Assembly: GCA_964016885.1 (NCBI GenBank)
Contig: OZ024741.1
Coordinates: forward strand, 252,712,001-252,776,000
Direction: 5' to 3'
Length of the DNA stretch: 64,000 bases
From: Eledone cirrhosa
Lineage: Eukaryota
Numbering within the stretch: the first letter of the stretch is position 1; each line of letters opens with the position of its first letter. Of the stretch, positions 14,637 through 41,489 are shown piece by piece. The notes beneath the pieces are model-generated. The model saw only the letters and a list, made by a program, of their open reading frames with translations, was not told the DNA's origin and searched no databases. Made by a program: the position numbers and the translations under genes.

Positions 14637-15093
14637 AACAAGTAAGACCCCGACGGCTGAGCTCAAGCCGTTTCAACGGCTACAGGGTCTTACTTGTTCC
14701 TATTACCCACTCTACTACCCTAAGTATTGAGTACTTTGGTGCGTTATGGTCCACCTGGTTCCTTACCACATTTCCTTCATTATATATATATATATTTCGT
14801 TTCTGAATTTGTTTAGCAAGATTCTTTATCTGAAATCGTGTGTTGAAACCGATATTGTTATACTTTGGGAGGGTCATGTTGCCAATAAGAAACACACGCA
14901 CCAGTTGCTTTCACTTCAATTTATTATATATTTATAAATTCATAAATTTACAAATCTACAAACTTATAAATTATAAATTTCTGGTTGGTTGGTTGGTTCC
15001 ACAACCAGATAGTTGTTTATATATATAGTCATAGTCCTTTCGTCACACACTCTGTGACCTCTTCAGAAATGTATAACCTGTAAAATAAGCCCC

Positions 15094-15438
15094 CATATTA
15101 ACTGTAAAACTAGAAATGTAGTGTATAGCATAAGATGTACTGAAGGACAATGTAGAAACAAAAATATAGTGTACATAGGTGAGACAGCTCGTAGTATAGG
15201 GGAACGAATAAATGAACACTGGCGAGACCTCCAAGATAATAAAGAATCATCTGTGCTCTACCAACATGCTAAGATAGAACACAGGGGTAGATTAGAGAGC
15301 ATAGAAATAAAAATAGAATCCACGCACAGAAAAGACGCAATGTTTAGGCAAATTACAGAGGCAGTAAGCATAAAAGAATTAAAACCAAAATTAAATAGAA
15401 AATATGAGTGGAACAGCAACATCACAACTTACAATTAA
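15094..15438 (+). pseudogene. Penelope-type GIY-YIG endonuclease domain fragment (no RT present)
   Basis: NVVYSIRCTEGQC...YIGETARSIGERINEH...QHA...EAVSIKELKPKLN matches the PLE GIY-YIG pattern with its Cys/His residues. Confidence 0.88.
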
Positions 15439-15715
15439 GGACAAAATGAAAACACACACACACATAGAACAAACAACTTACAATTGAAAACACACACAAA
15501 ATGAAAACACACACAGGACAAAATGAAAACACACACACACATAGAACAAACAACCAACCAACAATAAATAAATAAACAAATAGAAAAATGAACACAAACA
15601 CACACAGACACCCGGATGTGGCACATGCGCAAACTGAGCACACAACACACACACAGAAACAAAATGGGGTAGGATAGAAGAAAGAAAAGGCACAGAAACG
15701 AAAAAAGGAATCCCC

Positions 15716-15760
15716 AGTCACTGAAGAGGTCACAGAGTGTGTGACGAAAGGACTATGACT
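15716..15760 (+). ncRNA. Minimal type I hammerhead ribozyme in Penelope pLTR
   Basis: AGTCA-CTGAAGA-G-GTCAC(agagtgt)GTGAC-GAAA-GGAC-TA/TGACT: stem I AGTCA:TGACT, stem II GTCAC:GTGAC, very short stem III, predicted cleavage after CUA (15755). Confidence 0.8.
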
Positions 15761-15927
15761 ATATATACAAACAACTATCTGGTTGTGGAACCAACCAACC
15801 AACCAGAAATTTATAATTTATAAGTTTGTAGATTTGTAAATTTATGAATTTATAAATATATAATAAATTGAAGTGAAAGCAACTGGTGCGTGTGTTTCTT
15901 ATTGGCAACATGACCCTCCCAAAGTAT

Positions 15928-16106
<179 letters not shown>

Positions 16107-16411
16107 GGTGCATGGCTTAGTGGTTAGAGCGTTGGCCTTGCAAGCGAAAGGCTGTGATTTCAATAATTCTCAGATCGGGTGATGTGTTGTTTCCTTGAGC
16201 AAGACACTTTATTTCACATTGCTCCAGTTTACTCAGCTGCAGAAATGAGATGATAGGGACTGGGGTCCCTATCATTCCACTGCAAGGTGGACGTGTAGGC
16301 GCCACGGAAAAAAAGCACCCAGCACTCACTGTAAATGAGGTTGGTGTTAGGAAGGGCATCCAGCTGTAGAAATCAGTTCCCGTCCCACCCTTGGACGTAT
16401 GATGATGATGA
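16107..16411 (+). mobile_element. SINE family B copy with internally shortened tail, in (TA)n
   Basis: Same head and core as the 13059 copy; GGAAGGGCATCCAGCTGTAGAAA then GGACGTA(TGA)n. Confidence 0.8.
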
Positions 16412-16804
16412 TATATATAAACATAATAGCACCACTGACGATGTTGCAGATGTGCAATGAAAGAACTTTGATAGGCTATATATATGTGTTTGTGTCTATA
16501 TTGTATCTGTATTTTTGACCGTTTGTCAGTCAATGGCAACATTGAGGACGGAATAAATTAAATTAACCAATATAAAAGACACAGAAGCGAAAACCAACCA
16601 AACAGTGAGTGTGTTCTGTTATTAATTCTGGCAATACTATTACACAAATATGACCCTCCCCAAGTATAACAATATTTGTTTCGACACACGATTTCATATC
16701 AAAAACCTCGCAAAACTATATATATATATATATATATATATATCATCATCATCAGTTTACGTCCGCTCTTCCCTGCTTGCAAGGGTGGGACGGGTCTTAT
16801 ATAT

Positions 16805-16843
<39 letters not shown>

Positions 16844-17542
16844 GTTTAACGTCCATGTTCCACGCTTGCATGGGTTTGGACGGGAGTTTTCCCACTTGAG
16901 GCAAGAGTGGTTGTCTTGCTCGCATAGGACTGTCTGGCGGGTTTTCTACAGCTGGATGCCCTTCCTAACACCAACCACATTTATATATATATATAATACC
17001 AATGAAGGGTGGAAGGACTAATTTTATTCATATGTAACCCATTTGCAACCATGCAGCCCGCTATTTTTTCCTATATTTATATATTTTCCTCCGCTATGAC
17101 CCATCTGTTTCTTTCTTACTGCTTCCCCTTTCTCTGTATCTCTCACTTTCTTTTTAGCCCCTCTGCCAGTCACTCTCTCAGTTAGCCTCTTCCTCACACT
17201 TTCACTCACTCACTCTCTGCTACTCCCTCTCCATCACTTCCTCCCGTTTGACCTGTGTGAAATCCTTTTCTCGCTCACATCTCACCCAGGTTGGATGGTC
17301 TTTATTCTCTCGTCTACGATTTCACAGAACTTAAGTTCATCGATTTCAGGGACTTGACTCCTTCTTCCTCACTTTTCGTTGCATTACCATCTTTGTTTGT
17401 TTACTGTCTCGCTCGTTCCCCCTATTTTACGTGCCCCAACGACTTTCTTTAGCCGTTGCTCGCACCAACCAGAGGTATATGATCTTTAAAGCGATGAAAT
17501 ACCAATGAAGGCTGGAAGATCACTGATGAAGGACTAATTTTA

Positions 17543-17586
<44 letters not shown>

Positions 17587-17904
17587 GTCATCCCTCTTGA
17601 GCTTGATGGTGGTGAAGGTGAGGGTGCTGGCAGGAGAGGTGACAATCGTTGGTGTTAGTATTGGCTTTGTTATGTTGTTAATGTTGATAATGTTGATGGT
17701 GATTTTGACATTGTTTCTTCTAGCAATGATTTTACTGCTGATACTTTTTCTTACTGTTTTGCTTGTTTTCTACTTATAAACTGTTCAAATAATATATATC
17801 TCTCTTTCTTTCTCTCTCCCTCCCCACTCCCTCTTCCTCCGTTTTGCCCCTTCTCTAAATGTGTTTGTATATATTTATGTATATGTGTGGGTGGTGTATG
17901 TGTA

Positions 17905-32513
<14,609 letters not shown>

Positions 32514-32756
32514 TCACAATTTCCCTCCCCCCCACCCCCACACACCACCATAGTCTATTCGACCAATCAAACCTAGCATGCCATTTCCACTGCTGCTGCT
32601 GCTACTACCTGCCTAACTAACTCTCTCCTCCTCTGGCGCATCCCAACACACCCTGCCATTACCCCACCACCACTGTCCTTCTAGCCCTCAATTTTCCCAC
32701 CGTTATGGATGGATGAGCTGGGAATACACGAGCAACTCTGAATCAATAGATGAAAT

Positions 32757-35700
32757 ATGAATCTGCGAGCTACCAAGCACCCACGTGAAGCGCCAACCCA
32801 GAGACCCTCCCCTACGAGTGTCGACAAATGCCCAAAACTCCGAGTTGGTACCATCAATGTAGGCTCAATGAAAGGAAGAGCAGGAGAAATCGTAGAAATG
32901 CTAGAGCGAAAGGAAGTTGATGTATGCTGTGTGCAAGAGACTAGATGGAGAGGAGGGTCTGCTAGAGTCCTTGTAGGAAAAAGCCAGTGCTACAAATTTT
33001 TCTGGGTGGGAAATGACGATGGGATGGGTGGTGTAGGTATACTATTAGCTGACAAGTGGGTAGATAAAGTAATCTCAGTGTACAGGGTAAATGCAAGAAT
33101 CATTAAACTCAGACTAGTCCTGAATAAGACAATTACCACAATAATATCAGCTTACGCACCCCAATCGGGGCTGCCAGACGAACTTAAGGATAGGTTTTAC
33201 GAGTCCCTAATACACACTACTGCTCTAACAGACGACAAGGACTTCCTAATCATTGCAGGAGATTTTAACGGACACGTAGGTAAACACTGCGACGGCTTCA
33301 ATAGAGTACATGGAGGCCATGGAGTTGGCACAAGGAATGAGGAAGGATTCAGACTTCTAGAATTCTGCGACGCCAATGACATGTCGATATGTAACACAAA
33401 CTTTAAAAAACCCGACAACCACCTGATCACCTATAGATCAGGGGAGCACTCTAGTCAGTTAGATTTTATTCTCATCAGAGGACGTGACAGATGGACGGTC
33501 GTAAACACAAAAGCCTTCCCTAGTGAGGAATGTACATCCCAACATAGCTTAGTTGTCAGCGACCTCACGGTCAGAACTAGACGAGCCCTGAAACAGAGGC
33601 CAACCTGGAGAAGAAAGATCTGGAAGCTGAAAGTCCCCTCAACCAGTAACAGATTTAAAGATATTTTACTCAACGCCTACGACAGTAAAGAAGAACAGAT
33701 AGAGACATTTAACGTAGAAGAGAACTGGGAGTTCCTAAAAAATAACTTACTAGAGGCGACGGATGAGGTTTGTGGCTGGAGTAAGACCTCAAGCAGGAGG
33801 AGAGTGACTTGGTGGTGGAACAATAAGGTAGATGAAGCAGTCAAGGCCAAGAGACAGGCATGGAAAGAATGGAAGAACGGGGGGAGCAGGGTACATTACA
33901 TAGAGACCAAGAGGGAAGCTAGGCGACAAGTATACTTAGCTAGGAGGGAAGCAGAGGATAGAAAATTCAAGCATGTTTTACAACGTGAGGACCAGAAACA
34001 GGAGGTATTCAAGATTGCGAGGCAGTGTGTCAGAGATAGTTGTGATGTCATTGGAGAGAAGTGTATCCGGAATGATAAAGGTGAGCTTGCCCTCACAAGT
34101 GCTGAGAAGAAAGATGCATGGAAGAGTCATTATGATAGATTACTAAATGAGGAGAATGCATGGGAAGAAGAGACCCTACCCCACGTAGACCCTATAGAGG
34201 GACCAGCAGTACAAGTCAGCGGCAGCGTAGTAAGTAAGGCAATCAGAGATATGAAGATAGGGAAGGCAACCGGTCCATCGGGTATAGCTGCCGAGATGCT
34301 GAAGGCATCTGGGTCTGTAGGTCACACTATAACCACACGTATCGTTAACCAGGTAATACTAGAGGGGGCCATACCAAAAGATTGGTGCAGTAGCATCATT
34401 GTCAACTGCTACAAAGGTAAAGGCGATGCACTAGATAGAGGAAACTATAGAGGTATAAAGTTGATGGACCAGGTCATGAAAGTAACAGAAAGAGTTATAG
34501 CACAGCTGATTAGGGACCGGGTGAATATAGACGAGATGCAATTTGGGTTTGTTCCAGGGAAAGGCACCACTGATGCGCTCTTCCTTGTGAGGCAATTACA
34601 GGAAAAGTACCTAGCTAAAAGTAAGCCACTCTACTTGGCATTTGTCGACCTTGAGAAAGCCTTTGACAGAGTTCCACGTGCAGTAATCTGGTGGGCTCTT
34701 AGAAAACTAGGAGTAGATGAATGGCTTGTGAAAGCGGTACAAGCCATGTATAGGGGAGCAGTCAGCAAAGTTAGGATTGGCAATGAGTATAGCGAGGAAT
34801 TTAGCGTACAGGTTGGGGTCCACCAGGGCTCTGTTCTTAGCCCTCTCCTGTTCATCATAGTCCTGCAGGCAATAACGGAGGAGTTTAAGACCGGATGCCC
34901 ATGGGAACTCCTGTATGCTGATGACCTCGCACTCATAGCTGAATCTATGGTAGAACTAGAGAATAAATTCCAAACCTGGAAGCAGGGACTAGAGAGAAAG
35001 GGCCTCAAAGTCAACATGACAAAGACTAAGGTCCTTATAAGTAGACGAGAAAACAGAACCCAGATCCCCTCAGGGAAATGGCCTTGCTCAGTATGTAGGA
35101 AAGGTGTAGGTAGGAACTCCATTCTTTGCCCCAAATGCAAACAATGGGTACACAAGAGATGTAGCGGGATCTCAGGAAGCTTAATTAAGAATGTAGGATT
35201 CACATGCAGCAGCTGTGCTGAAACAGCAAGCAAACAGCCACAGGAAACAAGTACCACCAATCTCTGGGAGGGCCCTGTAGAAACAGTAGACAGCTTCTGC
35301 TACCTAGGTGACCGAATTAGCAACGGAGGTGGGTGCTCAGAAAGTACAATAACTAGGGTAAGAACGGGATGGAAGAAGTTTAGGGAACTACTACCACTGC
35401 TAGCTGCAAAAGGCTTCTCCCTCAGAATGAAAGGCAGACTGTATGATGCGTGTATCCGAACAGCGATGTTGCATGGTAGTGAGACCTGGGCGCTGAAGGT
35501 GGAAGACTTACGTAGATCAGAGAGAAACGAAGCCTGCATGCTCCGATGGATGTGTAACAGTAATATACGTGAACGACAAAGCATAAATGAATTGAGAGAG
35601 AGACTGAGCATAAGAGGAATCAAATGCTGCGTGCAGGAGAGGCGGTTACGCTGGTATGGACATGTGATGCGTATGAAGGATGACAGCTGCATAAAAAGGT

Positions 35701-35876
35701 GCAGAGCACTAGAAGTTGATGGAAACCGCGGAGTGGGGAGACCCAAGATGACTTGGGATGAGGTGATAAAAGCCGACCTTACCCAACTACACCTCTCAAA
35801 GTCAATGACACACGACCGTGACTTCTGGCGTCACGCAGTAATACAGGGTACCCGACCTCCCATGGGTACATGCTGA
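32757..35876 (+). CDS. Intact RTE-clade LINE ORF (APE endonuclease + reverse transcriptase + PHD-like zinc finger), 1039 aa
   Basis: APE motifs GTINVGS, VQETRW, SAYAP, GDFNGH, LDFIL, SQH. RT motifs QFGF, FVDLEKAFD, GVHQGSVLSPLLF, YADD, YLG. RTE-type C-terminus (RRLRWYGHVMRM...RGVGRPKMTW). No stops or frameshifts. Confidence 0.97.
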   Translation: MNLRATKHPREAPTQRPSPTSVDKCPKLRVGTINVGSMKGRAGEIVEMLERKEVDVCCVQETRWRGGSARVLVGKSQCYKFFWVGNDDGMGGVGILLADKWVDKVISVYRVNARIIKLRLVLNKTITTIISAYAPQSGLPDELKDRFYESLIHTTALTDDKDFLIIAGDFNGHVGKHCDGFNRVHGGHGVGTRNEEGFRLLEFCDANDMSICNTNFKKPDNHLITYRSGEHSSQLDFILIRGRDRWTVVNTKAFPSEECTSQHSLVVSDLTVRTRRALKQRPTWRRKIWKLKVPSTSNRFKDILLNAYDSKEEQIETFNVEENWEFLKNNLLEATDEVCGWSKTSSRRRVTWWWNNKVDEAVKAKRQAWKEWKNGGSRVHYIETKREARRQVYLARREAEDRKFKHVLQREDQKQEVFKIARQCVRDSCDVIGEKCIRNDKGELALTSAEKKDAWKSHYDRLLNEENAWEEETLPHVDPIEGPAVQVSGSVVSKAIRDMKIGKATGPSGIAAEMLKASGSVGHTITTRIVNQVILEGAIPKDWCSSIIVNCYKGKGDALDRGNYRGIKLMDQVMKVTERVIAQLIRDRVNIDEMQFGFVPGKGTTDALFLVRQLQEKYLAKSKPLYLAFVDLEKAFDRVPRAVIWWALRKLGVDEWLVKAVQAMYRGAVSKVRIGNEYSEEFSVQVGVHQGSVLSPLLFIIVLQAITEEFKTGCPWELLYADDLALIAESMVELENKFQTWKQGLERKGLKVNMTKTKVLISRRENRTQIPSGKWPCSVCRKGVGRNSILCPKCKQWVHKRCSGISGSLIKNVGFTCSSCAETASKQPQETSTTNLWEGPVETVDSFCYLGDRISNGGGCSESTITRVRTGWKKFRELLPLLAAKGFSLRMKGRLYDACIRTAMLHGSETWALKVEDLRRSERNEACMLRWMCNSNIRERQSINELRERLSIRGIKCCVQERRLRWYGHVMRMKDDSCIKRCRALEVDGNRGVGRPKMTWDEVIKADLTQLHLSKSMTHDRDFWRHAVIQGTRPPMGTC

Positions 35877-36179
35877 AGCATATAAACAATATGCCCCCCC
35901 CCCCCACCGCAAGGTGGTCGTGGAGGTGCCACGGCAAAAAAGCACCCAGCCCACACTGTAAAGTGGACGTGTAGGCGCCACGAAAAAGCACCCAGCACTC
36001 ACTGTAAATGAGGTTGGTGTTAGGAAGGGCATCCAGCTGTAGAAATCAAGCCAGATCAGTTCCTGTATGAGCAAGGCATGGTCAGCCGACCAGACACTGC
36101 CCACAACAGGACAACCCGTCTAACCCATGCTAGCGTGGAAGAACGGACGTAAAACGGTGATGATGATGATGATGATGAT

Positions 36180-36217
<38 letters not shown>

Positions 36218-36291
36218 TATATAATCATCACCACTGTTTAACATCTATGTTTCCACTCTAACATGAGTTTAAATATAAATATACACATATA

Positions 36292-36333
<42 letters not shown>

Positions 36334-36385
36334 TATATATATATATATATGTGTGTATATGTATATATATATACACACATGTGTA

Positions 36386-36443
<58 letters not shown>

Positions 36444-37168
36444 CATATATATATATATATATAGATAGATATATATATATATGTGTGTGCATATATATAT
36501 ATGTGTGCATATATATATATGTGTGTATGTATCATCTGTCTAACCACCAATATATAATGTGCATTATAATTACCACATTTAAATATCTATCAGTGCTTTG
36601 TTAATTGACTTGATGTACATATATAACACTAATGAAGTTAATATAATTACTTTGGCTGGTAATGGTAAGTGTATATAGGGTTGCTTGGGCAATGCTGGGT
36701 ACATGTATCAGCTTCCTCTTGTACATCGAATTTGTACATGCTTGCATGGCCAAATAAAATGTGTATATGTGTATATATACAAGTAGCCACATTTCTATAA
36801 AGACCTGTGTTTAAAGGAGTTGTATGAGATTTAGTTCTCCTATATATATATATATATATATGATATATGATATATACATATATATATATATATCATATAT
36901 ATATCATATATATATATATATATATATATATCATTTTAATGAATGCTCTCACCATTAGCAATATATACACCAGCACTAAACCTCATATACAGCTGCTACA
37001 CACACACACACAGACACACATATATATATATATATATATAGGTATATGAGCTATTATATATATATATTTGGTGTTTACCATGGATATTAAATATACTATA
37101 TTACACAGAGCTCTCTACACACAACACTGTTCACTATTTATATAAACAACTGCACATGCTTATATATG

Positions 37169-37400
37169 AAGGCCCAGGTTTAGTGGTTAGGTAGTTTGGC
37201 TCCTTATCCTAATGTAATGAGTTCGATTCCTGGGTATACAATTTAGCCTTGAGCAAGACACTTTAATTCATGTTGCTCCAGTCTGCTCAACTAGAAAAAT
37301 ATGAGTTTTATCTGTAAATTAATGGGCTAGGCTTTTCAAATACTGTGTCATGCTGAATCTCCCTGAGAACTATATTAAACTTGCCTATGACTGTTGAATG
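37169..37400 (+). mobile_element. Older tRNA-headed SINE with the family B core
   Basis: GGTTTAGTGGTTAG, GAGTTCGATTCC, CCTTGAGCAAGACACTT. Confidence 0.65.
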
Positions 37401-37549
37401 CTTAGTCACTTGCATGTTTATTTCACGCTTTTAATTTACACATGCCATACACGCTATCATACACAGTTACTCACACTACAATACACACATACTTTCAGAC
37501 ACAATACAGTATGTACATGCTCTCACACAATACATTATACATATTAACT

Positions 37550-38255
37550 CACACACTACAGTACACACATTCACACACTATAGTACACACATTCACACAC
37601 TATAGTACACACATTCACACAATATAGTACACACATTCACACAATATAGTACACACATTCACACACTATAGTACACACATTCACACACTATAGTACACAC
37701 ATTCACACACTATAGTACACACATTCATACACTATAGTACACACATTCACACACTATAGTACACACATTCACACACTATAGTACACACATTCACACACTA
37801 TAATACACCCATTCACACACTATAGTACACATATTCACACACTATAGTACACACATTCACACACTATAGTACACACATTCACACACTATAGTACACACAT
37901 TCATACACTATAGTACACACATTCACACACTATAGTACACACATCCATACACTATAGTACACACATTCACACACTATAGTACACACATTCACACACTATA
38001 GTACACACATCCACACACTATAGTACACACATTCACACACTATAGTACACACATTCACACTATAGTACACACATTCACACAATATAGTACACACATTCAC
38101 ACAATATAGTACACACATTCACACACTATAGTACACACATTCACACTATAGTACACACATTCACACAATATAGTACACACATACACACACTATAGTACAC
38201 ACATTCACACACTATAGTACACACATTCACACACTATAGTACACACATTCACACA
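37550..38255. repeat. 22-bp minisatellite
   Basis: Unit GTACACACATTCACACACTATA, about 32 copies. Confidence 0.9.
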
Positions 38256-39154
38256 CCACTATAACACCACTACACACCACTACACACAAGTACACACAAC
38301 ATTACACCACACCACTACACATCACTACGCACCACTACACACTACTACACACCACTATAACACCACTACACCCCACTACACCCCGCTACATCCCACTACA
38401 CACCACACTACACACACCACTATACCCCACTACACACACCACTACACACCACTACACACACCACTATACACCACTACACCCCACTACACACCACTACACA
38501 CACCACTACACCCCACTATCCACCACTACACAGCCCACTACACACCACTACACCCCCCCTGCACACCACCACACCCCACTACACACACCACTACATGCCA
38601 CTACACACACCACTACACCCCACTACACACACCACTACACACCACTACACACCACTACACACACCACTACACCCCACTATCCACCACTACACACCACTAC
38701 ACACACCACTAGACACCACTACACACACCACTACACACCACTACACACCACTACACACCACTCTTCACACCACTCCAAACATGCAATATACAGTACTTCT
38801 GCTTACCATATGGACTATTCTAGTTAATAATGTATCATATATATCGTATGAATGAGGTTGTAGTGGTATTTTAGTGGCCTTAGTGAAGTTAAGTTGTAGT
38901 GGCAATGTAGTGGTGCTGTAGTGGTGGTGTTATGGTGGTGTTGTGGTGATGGTGAAGTGGCATTGTAGTGTTGTTGTAGTGGCATTGTAATGGTGTTGTA
39001 GAAGTGTTGATGTAGTGGTGATGTCTTGCTGATTTTGTGGTGCCATTGCAGTGGCATTGGTGGTGGTGGTGGTGGTGGTGGTGGCAGTGCGAGGTGTTAG
39101 TATTGGGGGAGTTGGTGGAGTGGAGACAGGTTTAGCGGTAATGGTGGTGGCGGT

Positions 39155-39169
39155 GGTGGAGAGTAACAG

Positions 39170-39246
<77 letters not shown>

Positions 39247-39440
39247 TAGAAAGGAAAGAATATAAATGGTCATACAGAGTCAGGGAGAGACAAAAAGAGA
39301 TAGATAGATAGATAGAGAGAGAGAGGGGGGAGATTGTGAGGAAGACAGAGATATGAGGAAAGACAAAGAGTGATAAAGAGAGATAGAGAGAGACAGAGAG
39401 GCAGAAAGACAAAAAGAGACATAGAGAGACAAAGGGAGAC

Positions 39441-39472
<32 letters not shown>

Positions 39473-40270
39473 GCATAGCGAGAGAGAGGCGGAGACAAAG
39501 AGAGAGAGAGAGAGAGAGAGAGTTAGAAAGAGATAGAAAGAAACTGAAGGAGACAAAGGAAGAGAGGGTGAGAGGAAGAAAGAAGACAGAGAGAGACAAA
39601 GTGGGACAGGAAGATAAGGGCACAGGGTGAAATGGAAGGAGAAGGGAGAAGGAGGGGAGAGATGGGGGGAGAAGGAGGGAGAGAGAGGGAAACGGTGATC
39701 AAGTGAAGAGACAGATTTGTTGGAGCACAACAGCAGTAACAACAACATTAATGTCACTAATAACAGCAACATCAATAACATCAGCATCAACAACAACAGT
39801 AACAACAACAGTAACACTACCACTACAATTAACAACAACAACAGTAACAACAATACCTCCACAATTAATAACAACAATAACAACAACAACAGCAACAACA
39901 ACAGTAACAACAATACCTCCACAATTAATAACAACAACAACAACAACAGTAACACTACCACTACAATTAACAACAACAACAGTAACACTACCACTACAAT
40001 TAACAACAACAACAGTAACAACAATACCTCCACAATTAACAACAACAACAACAACAGTAACAACAGTAACACTACCACTACAATTAACAACAACAACAGC
40101 AGTAACCAACAATAGCAGTAACAACAACAGTAACAATAGCAGTAACACTACCCTCACAATTAACAACAACAACAACAACAAGAGTAAAGCCAACAATAGC
40201 AGTAACAACAACAACAACAACAAAGACAACAACAAAGACAACAACAACAACAACAACAATAAGAGCAACA
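39155..40270. repeat. (GA)n purine tract followed by an (AAC)n-derived compound repeat
   Basis: Direct inspection. Confidence 0.9.
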
Positions 40271-41489
40271 TCATTAGTGTGTGAAATTGAATTTCCAAAT
40301 CAGTAGAAATGGCACCAAATATTTAATTAGATTATAGTGTTCCCATTAAGGCAATCTTTCTTAACGAACTTGCTCCATAGCACCACTGACACTCACATAC
40401 ATACACATACACATACATACATACACACACACGTACACACATACATAGCCATATATATACACACATACATACATACGTACACACATACAAACAGAGCCAT
40501 ACATACATAGCCATATATATACACACATACATACGTACACACATACAGAGCCACACACATACATACACACACACATACATGTACATAGGCAGAGACATAC
40601 ATACACATGCATGTACATACATACACACATACAGAGCCATACATATACACACATACATACATACGCACACATACAGAGCCACACACACATAGAGCCACAC
40701 ACACACACACACACACACAGTCAGAGTCACACACATACAAACAAACACGCATATACATGTACAGAGGCAGAGACATACATACACAGGCATGTACATACAT
40801 ACACACATACGTACACACATACAGAGCCATACATATACACACATACAGAGCCACACACACATAGAGCCACACACACACACACACAGAGTCACACACATAC
40901 AGAGCCACACACATACATACACACACACATACATGTACATAGGCAGAGACATACATACACATGCATGTACACACATACGTACACACATACAGAGCCATAC
41001 ATATACACACATACATACATACACACACATACAGAGCCACACATACATAGAGCCACACACACACAGACAGAGTCACACACATATAGAGCCACACACATAC
41101 ATACACACACACATACATGTACAGAGGCAGAGACATACATACACATGCATGCACATACAAACACACATATACACAAACATTGACACTCACATAGTCATAC
41201 ATACACACACACACACACACGACACATACACATACATATGCACACATACACACATTATAGGCATACACATACAAACAATGACATATTGATACAAAATGAT
41301 ATACACACTCAAATAAACACATATACAGATACATGCCCTGACGTAAATACATACACTGACACATACACGTACATACACATAACATACACGATACACATAC
41401 ATACACACAGATAAAAATATACTACTGACATTAATGTATATATACATACACACAGAGAAAACTATGCCGCTGACAATACACAGAAATAC

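Noticed and set aside
17498-17550. CTGATGA hammerhead candidate with a direct repeat at ~16996-17032
   Set aside because: No downstream stem II/GAAA; at most a truncated relic.
33537-33545. SQH instead of canonical SDH in the endonuclease as an inactivating mutation
   Set aside because: The related copy has PQN at the same site, so Q looks like a family trait; the catalytic His is retained in the intact ORF.
33197-35746. Antisense ORFs inside the LINE
   Set aside because: Shadow frames of the real ORF with no recognisable domain.
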